A stretch of DNA of 64,000 bases from contig OZ250173.1 of NCBI GenBank assembly GCA_965238075.1, positions 1,632,001-1,696,000 on the forward strand. The letters are read 5' to 3'. The DNA is from Candidatus Entotheonellaceae bacterium. Lineage in GTDB: Bacteria; Tectomicrobia; Entotheonellia; Entotheonellales; Entotheonellaceae. The position numbers and the translations under genes are program-made. The notes beneath the pieces are model-generated. The model did no database searches. It was not told the DNA's origin and saw nothing but the letters and a program-made list of their open reading frames with translations. Positions 18,861-26,520 of the stretch are shown here, in pieces (the stretch's first letter is position 1; every line of letters begins with the position of its first letter).

Positions 18861-19242
18861 GATCACGGTCGGAGAAGTGGCTCTGGAGGCCGAACTCAAC
18901 GACACGGCAACCGCGGCGAAAATCGGCGAGGCACTGCCGATTCGCACGCCGTTCAACACCTGGGGCGACGAAATCTACTTTTCCATCCCGGTCGACGCGG
19001 AACTGGACGGCAGTTCCCAGGAAGTGGTAGAGATCGGCGACCTGGGCTACTGGCCGCCGGGCAATGCGTTCTGCATCTTTTTCGGGCTGACGCCGGTCAG
19101 CGAACCCGGCAAGATCATGCCCGCCAGCGCCGTCAACGTCATCGGCAAGGTGGCGGGCGACGCCACGCTGTTCAAGCAGGCCATGCATGCGGGCGCGCGA
19201 GGTCGTGCTGGAAGCCCACAGCGAACGCCAGTGAGCGTATAA
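18850..19242 (+). CDS. Cyclophilin-like fold protein (DUF369/TM1367 type)
   Basis: LNDTATA..I.EALP, NTWGDEIYF, VEIGDLGYWPPGNAFCIFFGLTP. Confidence 0.85.
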   Translation: MRIRITVGEVALEAELNDTATAAKIGEALPIRTPFNTWGDEIYFSIPVDAELDGSSQEVVEIGDLGYWPPGNAFCIFFGLTPVSEPGKIMPASAVNVIGKVAGDATLFKQAMHAGARGRAGSPQRTPVSV

Positions 19243-19306
19243 GATGGAACAGCACGAGCGAAGCGAGTGATGAGTCGCGCGCACCGATGTTGAGAAAGAA
19301 CCCCCC

Positions 19307-20497
19307 ATGCTGGCCCGCCTGCTGCCCCGACATGCCAACACCCCGATAGCCGATGAACTGGCCCGCATGGGGCATTCGGCCCCTGGCAACGTACCCGCCC
19401 CATCCGTCGGACATTTCGCCTGCAAGTTGATCGACGTTCCCCGAGACATCGCCGTCGCTCTGGGTACTTGGCTGCGTCAAGTGCCAAGCGGCTGGTGCGT
19501 CGACGCGCCACACAACGACGCGGTAGATGTCCTGTGGGGCGGCGCGGAGGAATTGCCCGGCTCGTTGCGCGAGGCCGCCAACGATCAGCCGGCGTTGCTG
19601 CCCGTGGCGGCTGCGTTGGAACAGGCGCGCTGCCTGCAAGCGGGCGGCCCGCATGCCTTGGTACTGGGGCAGACGGCGTGGCCGCTGCCGCACCGCACCC
19701 GCGTAATGGGAATTTTGAACGTGACGCCGGATTCGTTTTCCGACGGCGGCCTGTACTGCGAGCCCGAACGCGCGCTGGCGCGTGCCGAGGCCATGCTGGC
19801 AGAGGGCGCCGACCTGATCGACGTCGGCGGCCAGTCATCGCGTCCGGGTTCGGAGCCGGTACCGGCAGCGGTGGAGCAGGCGCGCGTGGTGCCGGTGGTG
19901 CGGGAGATCGTCAAACGCCACAACGCGCCGGTATCAGTGGACACCTACCGGGCCGTCGCCGCCGCCGCTGCCCTGGATGCCGGCGCGGTCATGGTCAACG
20001 ACATCAGCGCCCTGCGCTTCGATCCTGACATGGCGCCGCTGCTCGCCCAACGCGGCGCAGCGGTGGTCCTGATGCACATGCAGGGGACGCCCCGGACTAT
20101 GCAGCAGGCGCCGGCGTATCGCCACGTGGTCGACGATGTCTACGGGTTTTTGCGTGAACGGCTGTACGAAGCCGTGCAGGCCGGCATCGAGCGGCAGCGC
20201 ATCGTGCTGGATCCCGGTTTCGGTTTTGGCAAGACGGTGGCGCACAACCTGGACCTGCTGCGCGGCCTGGACCATCTGGGTGCCCTGGGGCAGCCGCTGC
20301 TGGTCGGCACGTCGCGCAAATCGTTCCTGGGACACGTGCTGCATCGCCCGGTCGACGACCGGCTTGCGGGCAGCGTCGCCAGCGCCCTGTGGGCGGCGCA
20401 GCGGGGCGCGGCTTTGGTCCGCGTGCACGACGTGGGCGCCACCGTGCAGGCGCTGGCTCTGCTCGAAGCCTTGGATAAGCCCTCCGCCGGATCATAA
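19307..20497 (+). CDS. folP: Dihydropteroate synthase with N-terminal extension
   Basis: MGILNVTPDSFSDGG, DVGGQSSRPG, SVDTY, LMHMQG, DPGFGFGK, GTSRKSF, RVHDV. Confidence 0.95.
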   Translation: MLARLLPRHANTPIADELARMGHSAPGNVPAPSVGHFACKLIDVPRDIAVALGTWLRQVPSGWCVDAPHNDAVDVLWGGAEELPGSLREAANDQPALLPVAAALEQARCLQAGGPHALVLGQTAWPLPHRTRVMGILNVTPDSFSDGGLYCEPERALARAEAMLAEGADLIDVGGQSSRPGSEPVPAAVEQARVVPVVREIVKRHNAPVSVDTYRAVAAAAALDAGAVMVNDISALRFDPDMAPLLAQRGAAVVLMHMQGTPRTMQQAPAYRHVVDDVYGFLRERLYEAVQAGIERQRIVLDPGFGFGKTVAHNLDLLRGLDHLGALGQPLLVGTSRKSFLGHVLHRPVDDRLAGSVASALWAAQRGAALVRVHDVGATVQALALLEALDKPSAGS

Positions 20498-20509
20498 GGA
20501 CATCCCGCC

Positions 20510-21895
20510 ATGCCGCCATCGCTAACCGTCTGGAAGGGCTGCCGGGTGACCGTCATGGGCCTCGGCTCATTCGGCGGCGGGATCGGTTTGGCCCGCTATC
20601 TCGCCGAGCAAGGTGCCTCGGTCACGGTGACCGATTTGAAAGACGCCACCGCCTTGCCAGACGCCCTGGAGGCGCTACAGGGCCTGCCCATCCGGTTCGT
20701 ACTGGGCGAGCACCGCGACGGAGATTTCATCGACACCGACCGCGTGTTCGTCAATCCCGCCGTGCCGCTCACCTCGCCGTATCTGCAACTGGCACGGTCG
20801 CGTGGGGTGCCACTGGACAGCGAGCTGAACCTGTTCGTGCGCCAGTGCGCCGGGCGCATCATCGGCATCACCGGCAGCGTCGGTAAAACCACCACCACGT
20901 CGCTGCTGGGCAGCATTCTGCAAACCCACGACGCCCGCACCCTGGTCGGCGGCAACATCGGCGGCTCACTGCTGTCCCGCCTCCCCGACATCGAGCCCGA
21001 CACCCCGGTGGTGCTGGAAATATCCAGCTTCCAACTGGAGCACCTCGACTGGCTTGGCTACAGTCCGCCCTTGGCCGTTGTGCTCAATCTGGCCCCCAAT
21101 CATCTCGACCGCCACGGCACCATGGCGGCTTACCAGGCGGCCAAGGAGGTCATCCTGGCGCACCAGACGCCGGACGACGTGGCGGTCCTCAACTGGGATG
21201 ACCTAACAGTTCGGGACATGGCGGCACGCGGCCGCGGTCGCCGCTTGTTTTACAGCGTCCAGGAGCCTCTGGAAGCCGGTGTCTACCGCGACGGCAGCGC
21301 CTTGATGCTGGCCTCGGGGTGCGAACGCCGCGTGCTCTGTCACGATTCCGACCTGCGTCTACGCGGCCTGCACAACCTCGGCAACGCCGCCGCTGCTGCC
21401 ACTGCCGCCACCACTCTGGGCGTGCCGCCAGCCACCATTGCCGGCGGCCTGCAAACCTTCACCGGCCTGCCGCACCGGCTGGAATGGATCGCCGACAAGG
21501 GCGGCGTCGCCTATTACAACGACTCCAAAGCCACCACGCCGTTTTCCACCCAGTGCGCTCTGCAGGCCTTTGAACAGCCCGTTGTGCTGCTCGCCGGCGG
21601 TTACGACAAAGGCACCCCGTTCGACGACCTCGCGCACGTCATGCAGTCCTGCGTCCGGGTCGCGCTGCTGTACGGCAACACCGCCCCCAAACTCGCCGCC
21701 GCCCTCGAGCGGGTGCCCACACCCCCCGAAATCGTCCAACTCCCCACCCTGGACGCCGCCCTGCACCGCGCCGCTGCCCTCGCCCGGCCCGGCGACGTCG
21801 TTCTCCTCTCCCCCGCCTGCGCGAGCTACGACCAATTTCCCCACTATGAAGCCCGCGGCGACCATTTCCGTGCCCTGGTCGGTAATTTGCCTTAG
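20510..21895 (+). CDS. murD: UDP-N-acetylmuramoyl-L-alanine--D-glutamate ligase
   Basis: GITGSVGKTTTT, GGNIG, LEISSFQL, NHLDRH, PHRLE, NDSKATT, LSPACASYDQF. Confidence 0.95.
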   Translation: MPPSLTVWKGCRVTVMGLGSFGGGIGLARYLAEQGASVTVTDLKDATALPDALEALQGLPIRFVLGEHRDGDFIDTDRVFVNPAVPLTSPYLQLARSRGVPLDSELNLFVRQCAGRIIGITGSVGKTTTTSLLGSILQTHDARTLVGGNIGGSLLSRLPDIEPDTPVVLEISSFQLEHLDWLGYSPPLAVVLNLAPNHLDRHGTMAAYQAAKEVILAHQTPDDVAVLNWDDLTVRDMAARGRGRRLFYSVQEPLEAGVYRDGSALMLASGCERRVLCHDSDLRLRGLHNLGNAAAAATAATTLGVPPATIAGGLQTFTGLPHRLEWIADKGGVAYYNDSKATTPFSTQCALQAFEQPVVLLAGGYDKGTPFDDLAHVMQSCVRVALLYGNTAPKLAAALERVPTPPEIVQLPTLDAALHRAAALARPGDVVLLSPACASYDQFPHYEARGDHFRALVGNLP

Positions 21896-21942
21896 GCATC
21901 CCGGCTTGCCGTTGAGAGGGATTTATGAGTGGTGTTTAAGGG

Positions 21943-21972
21943 TTGACAGTGCCGTCAGGGCTGCTCTACATT
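21943..21972 (+). promoter_or_regulatory. Putative sigma70 promoter of the fdh operon
   Basis: TTGACA-N18-TACATT, about 90 bp upstream of 22061. Confidence 0.5.
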
Positions 21973-22060
21973 GGCGCTCTTCTCAAGGGTGCCGCCGTAT
22001 TTAATGCAACGCTTTTTCAAACAATCGGCGGTGGTATGAGAGCGGTGCGAGGGACACGAC

Positions 22061-23998
22061 ATGACGGCAAAGTGGGGCATATTCCTCTGTAACTGCCGAC
22101 ACACGCTGGCGCTTGACCCCGAACGGTTCGACCTTCCTACACCACACGTTCAGTTCGCCACCCATCCCGACGACGACTTGCAGGATTTCGTGGACCTCGC
22201 TAACCGTGAGCGCTGCACACACGCCATGATCGCCTGCTGCGATTCACCTGCCCGCTTCGAAGATGCCCTCCGGCCTGACATTGGCCCGAGTTTCAAGACT
22301 CACTTCGTCGATCTCAAGGAATCCTGTTTCGCGGTTCACGCCGACCCGCAGGAAGCACATGACAAGGCCAGCCGTTTGCTGCGCGCGGCGCTGCAGGCGG
22401 CGGAAGTGCAGACAGAACCCCGCTACCTTCCTCTTCGGAGCGATGGACGCGTTCTCATCGTTGCCGACGAGCCGTTGGCCGGGGACCTCGCACGGCGGTT
22501 GGGCAATGCTATCCGACCGATTCTTGTGCAGAGTCCGCACGCGGCTGCCGTCGAGCCGCTGCCTTCCTGGCGGATTTACCGAGGCGAGTTGCTGGAGGTG
22601 TCCGGCCGGCTGGGGGATTTCCGCGCCGTCGTCGGCTTGGCGGGCGGCGAGCAACAGGAACTCGTGGTCGATCAGGTGGTGACATTCGCCTCCGACCCGT
22701 CGGCGGGTCCTACGCGCACCGGTTATCACGTCCTCAGCAGCGCTGATAAGGCTGACCTCAGCCAGCTTGCCACACGCATCGGTGATCTGACCGGCGACTT
22801 CCTGAAGACCGTGCACGTGGCGTACGATGCCGATATCTGCGCCGGCGGCGCGGCCGGCCGACAAGCCTGCGGGGCGTGCATCCCGGCCTGTCCGTACGAG
22901 GCGATCCGGCGTGACCCGACAAACCCGCTGCGCATTGAGGTGGACCATCTGGCCTGCGAGGGATGCGGTGCCTGCAGTTCGGCTTGCCCGACATCGGCCT
23001 TGCGGTTCACGGAGCCGTCGCCGCAGGCGTTGTACGCGCAACTCGCGGCGCTGCTGGCGCCGAACAACGGCAACGCGGATCAGGTGGTGCTCTTTCATTG
23101 CAGCGAACAGGGCAAGCGGCTCATTGAGGAAGCGGGACGACAACCGTTGCCATACCCGGCCAAGGTACTCGGCGTGCAGGTGCCGTGTCTGCGGCACGTC
23201 TCCACCGCCGCCATCCTGGGCGCCTTGCGGCTCGGCGCCGCGGGGGTGGGATTGCTCGGCTGCGCCACATGCCCGCACGGCGAGCGCGCCCTGTTGGACC
23301 GCACACTCGAATTCTGCCGCCTGACACTCGAGGCATTTGAATTAGGCCCGGAGCGACTGCGGCTGTTCGTGACCACGGACGGCGACGAGGCCGAGACCGT
23401 TGCCGACCTGACACGTTTCGCCGAATCTCTGCCCCCGGCGCCCATCCACTGGAACGGCAAGCCCTGGCGTGTCAGCGGCAATCGGCAGGCGCTGACGGAG
23501 ATCGTCGGCACGTTCATTGAACAACGCCAGCGCGAGCCCGGTCGGCAGCCCGTTGACGCCGCGCTGCCGTTCGCCACGGCCGAGGTGGAAGCGGAAGGCT
23601 GCACGCTGTGCCGCTCGTGCGTCAACGTTTGCCCGACACACGCCTTCCGGCTCGATGAGCCGACGTTCTCCCTGCAATTCAACCACATTGCCTGCGTGGC
23701 CTGCGGGCTTTGCGAGACGCTGTGCCCGGAGCACGTCATCAGCCTGCAACACGAGGTGGTACTTTCACGCGAGGCGCTCGACTACCGCACCGTTGTGCGC
23801 GACGAGATGGTGGCCTGCTTGCAATGCAACAAGCCTTTCGTCAACCGGAAATCCCTGGACGCCATTCTGGCGAAGGTGCTGCAACTCGGACCGCTCATGG
23901 ACGCATTCGACGGCGAGCGCCAGAATCTGCTGAGGATGTGTCCCGACTGCCGGGCGGTGGCCGCCATGCGGGAAGTCGAACAAGGTTGGGAGCCGTAA
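22061..23998 (+). CDS. FDH-associated polyferredoxin with HdrA-like N-terminus and MvhD/FlpD-like domain
   Basis: GIFLCNC; four ferredoxin-type Cys motifs (CxxCxxxCP); central LFHC...VPC...LLGCATCPHG; C-terminal CxxC...CPDC. Confidence 0.8.
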   Translation: MTAKWGIFLCNCRHTLALDPERFDLPTPHVQFATHPDDDLQDFVDLANRERCTHAMIACCDSPARFEDALRPDIGPSFKTHFVDLKESCFAVHADPQEAHDKASRLLRAALQAAEVQTEPRYLPLRSDGRVLIVADEPLAGDLARRLGNAIRPILVQSPHAAAVEPLPSWRIYRGELLEVSGRLGDFRAVVGLAGGEQQELVVDQVVTFASDPSAGPTRTGYHVLSSADKADLSQLATRIGDLTGDFLKTVHVAYDADICAGGAAGRQACGACIPACPYEAIRRDPTNPLRIEVDHLACEGCGACSSACPTSALRFTEPSPQALYAQLAALLAPNNGNADQVVLFHCSEQGKRLIEEAGRQPLPYPAKVLGVQVPCLRHVSTAAILGALRLGAAGVGLLGCATCPHGERALLDRTLEFCRLTLEAFELGPERLRLFVTTDGDEAETVADLTRFAESLPPAPIHWNGKPWRVSGNRQALTEIVGTFIEQRQREPGRQPVDAALPFATAEVEAEGCTLCRSCVNVCPTHAFRLDEPTFSLQFNHIACVACGLCETLCPEHVISLQHEVVLSREALDYRTVVRDEMVACLQCNKPFVNRKSLDAILAKVLQLGPLMDAFDGERQNLLRMCPDCRAVAAMREVEQGWEP

Positions 23999-24798
23999 TG
24001 CCGTACGTCTACCGCTACGAAAACGGCGTTTTCGCACAGTTCGAAAAGCCGGTGGTGCGCGAGCAGCCACTCACCATCACCGTCAACGGCGTCGAATTGG
24101 CGACCTTCCTGTGCACGCCGATGAAGCTGGATTATCTGGTGATCGGGTTCCTGTGCTTCGAGGGCATCATCAGCGGTTTGGACGATATCCGCGCCTTGGA
24201 CGTCGACGCCGACAACGGTGCGGTGGCGGTCGAATTGGGCACCGCCCTGGTACAGCCAAAGAAACGGGTCTTCACGTCCGGTTGCGGCATGGGATTGACG
24301 TTCAGCATCGAGACGTCGCACTACCCGCCGCTGCTCAGCGATTTGAGCTTGGCGCCGGAGGAGGTCTTTCCCCTCATGCGGCAGTTGTTCGACGGCGCCG
24401 ACATGTACCGGGCGTCGCGCGGTATTCACGCCGCGGCCCTGAGCGACGGCGACCAGATTTTACTGCTGGCGGAGGACGTGGGGCGGCACAACGCCCTCGA
24501 CAAGATTCTCGGCGAGGCGTTGACGCTGGGCATCCCCACGCAGGGCCGGATTCTCCTGACCACCGGGCGCATCTCGTCGGAAATGCTGCGCAAGGGCGCC
24601 CATATGGGAACGCCGTTTCTGATCTCGCGCACCTCGCCGACGACGTTGTCCATCGAGGCCGCCAAGCGGCTCGGCGTTACAGTCATCGGCTACGTGCGGC
24701 GCAACAGTTTCAACGTCTACACGCACCCCGAGCGCCTGCTGCACCAGCCATCTGCCGCGAGGGTGGAAACGGAAGCCGTTGCGGTGTCGGGGGACTGA
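23998..24798 (+). CDS. fdhD: Formate dehydrogenase accessory sulfurtransferase FdhD
   Basis: EQPLTITVNG, TSGCG, HAAAL, EDVGRHNALDKILG, TGRISSEMLRK. Confidence 0.95.
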   Translation: MPYVYRYENGVFAQFEKPVVREQPLTITVNGVELATFLCTPMKLDYLVIGFLCFEGIISGLDDIRALDVDADNGAVAVELGTALVQPKKRVFTSGCGMGLTFSIETSHYPPLLSDLSLAPEEVFPLMRQLFDGADMYRASRGIHAAALSDGDQILLLAEDVGRHNALDKILGEALTLGIPTQGRILLTTGRISSEMLRKGAHMGTPFLISRTSPTTLSIEAAKRLGVTVIGYVRRNSFNVYTHPERLLHQPSAARVETEAVAVSGD

Positions 24799-24801
24799 CG
24801 C

Positions 24802-25227
24802 ATGCGCGACAGGAAAAAACGCGGGCGCGGCAGAAAGCAGGGCAAGGAGTTCATGGACGCCGCCCTCGACGCTTACAAGCGCCACTTGGCGCTGCACAAA
24901 TGGCGGCAGGTGATGGACGTGCAGGCGTCCGTCAACATAGCGCCGGAGCAAGCCGTCCGCGAGGCGGGGCGGTTCCCGGGTCTGGGACCTTACCAGGACG
25001 TTTGGGAGCGCTGGTGGGACGCACAGGTGGTCGCTACCGCTGTCTCCGAGGCGCCGTTATTCGAACGCATCGAGGCAGCCGTGGGTGGGGCGCTCAACGA
25101 GGAGATCACCGCCCGGCGGCAGCGCGGTGACGCGCCGCTTGAGGATAGTTTGTCCTACAAGATGTTTGTGGATCAGGCGTTGGATCGTCTGTTTGAGGAA
25201 GAGTCCGGCAGTCTGGAAGAACTGTGA
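24802..25227 (+). CDS. Hypothetical protein in the fdh operon
   Basis: Tightly packed in the operon; no recognised motif. Confidence 0.7.
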   Translation: MRDRKKRGRGRKQGKEFMDAALDAYKRHLALHKWRQVMDVQASVNIAPEQAVREAGRFPGLGPYQDVWERWWDAQVVATAVSEAPLFERIEAAVGGALNEEITARRQRGDAPLEDSLSYKMFVDQALDRLFEEESGSLEEL

Positions 25228-25239
25228 GCGGAGGTGGGC

Positions 25240-25962
25240 ATGCTTCAGGACCACGACTTCATACAGTTTCGACAGACGTATTACCGCCTGTTCGTGCAAC
25301 TGTTGTGGAAGGAGCCGGAGACGGGTTTTGTGGCGGCCCTGCGCGACGACATGCACCCGCGCACCGAAGCCGCGGCGGCGGTGCATCCCCTGATGGGCAG
25401 CGGCTGGCGAATCATTGACGACTACCTTGCCGACCACCCGCCTGGTGGGGTGGCGATGGAATTCAGCCAGCTGTTTCTGGAACCGTTCGCCCGGGTGGTT
25501 CGGCCCTACGCCTCGTATTACCTGACCGGGCAATTCTTCACAGAGCCCCTGAAAACGTGGCGCGGTTTCCTCAAGCAGTTGGGCATTGAGAAACCGCAGG
25601 GCTTTACCGATCCCGAAGACGTGCTGGCGTTCGAGTTGGACGTCATGCGGTGGCTGATCGACAAACAGGCGGCGGCGCCCGATGACGCAGACCGCTGGTT
25701 GCGCCTGCAAGTCTCGTGTCTCAAGGAACATTTGCTGGTCTGGGCGCCGAATTGCGCGGCCGATATCGAACAGGCCCCGCAGGCGGCCTTTTATCGCGGC
25801 GCGGCGCAGTTGTTGCGCGGCTTTCTGAAAGTCGAGCAAAGCCTGTTCCGCGACTGGGGTCTGGACAAGGTGGCCACGCTTGCCGAAGCCCGCGCCCAAT
25901 ACGGCGCCGGGCCGGAGTGGCGCGGGCCGTTGTTCGACGTGGCGGACGAAGAGGTTGAGTGA
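25240..25962 (+). CDS. TorD/DmsD-family molybdoenzyme chaperone
   Basis: EFSQLF, PYASYYLTG, DPEDVLAFELDVM, EHLLVW, FY. Confidence 0.85.
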   Translation: MLQDHDFIQFRQTYYRLFVQLLWKEPETGFVAALRDDMHPRTEAAAAVHPLMGSGWRIIDDYLADHPPGGVAMEFSQLFLEPFARVVRPYASYYLTGQFFTEPLKTWRGFLKQLGIEKPQGFTDPEDVLAFELDVMRWLIDKQAAAPDDADRWLRLQVSCLKEHLLVWAPNCAADIEQAPQAAFYRGAAQLLRGFLKVEQSLFRDWGLDKVATLAEARAQYGAGPEWRGPLFDVADEEVE

Positions 25963-25999
25963 GCGTGTGCAAACCGGCATCCGATAAGGAGGTGAGCAG

Positions 26000-26248
26000 G
26001 TGATCGCAGGACGCATCAAGGCACTGGACGTTGCCAATCGCAAAGGCATCATTACCACGCACGAGGGCGAAGACGTCACCATCACGTTTCCCGACGCCGC
26101 GGTGATCGAGGTGGCCGAGCCCGAAACCATGGGCACGATGGGGGGCGACCTGGGCGACTTGCAGGAAGGCTTCGAGGTGGAGGTCGAAGTCGCCGAGCGC
26201 GGCGCCGATGGCGATTTCCCCTGCGCCTCATTGCTGTGTGTCAGCTAG
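26000..26248 (+). CDS. Small acidic hypothetical protein (possible OB-like fold)
   Basis: Strong RBS (AGGAGG); GRIKALD...DLQEGFEVEV pattern. Confidence 0.65.
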   Translation: MIAGRIKALDVANRKGIITTHEGEDVTITFPDAAVIEVAEPETMGTMGGDLGDLQEGFEVEVEVAERGADGDFPCASLLCVS

Positions 26249-26272
26249 CGGCCATAGACAAAGGAGACAGGC

Positions 26273-26482
26273 ATGTCACGAGATGGTGAATCCCAAGCAG
26301 GACAGGCGCGGCGTACGTTTCTCGCCAGAATGCTGACGGGCCTGGGCGCAGCGGCGGCGTTGCTTTCCCGCCCCCGGCGCGGGCGCGCGGCGGCGCAGCC
26401 CGAATCTGTGTCGGCCAAAGGGCCGATCTTGTATCGCCGTACCGCGGAGACCGAGCGTTATTACCGAACCTTGTATCAATGA
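26273..26482 (+). CDS. Small twin-arginine protein typical of fdh operons
   Basis: ARRTFL signal and a Y..T.....YY..L C-terminus, directly before fdhA. Confidence 0.8.
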   Translation: MSRDGESQAGQARRTFLARMLTGLGAAAALLSRPRRGRAAAQPESVSAKGPILYRRTAETERYYRTLYQ

Positions 26483-26520
26483 TAAGGCTTGCTATCCATC
26501 GTTATTAAGGAGAACAGACG

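Noticed and set aside
19307-19700. FolP N-terminal extension as a novel domain
   Set aside because: Similar extensions are known in long-form FolP proteins of several phyla.
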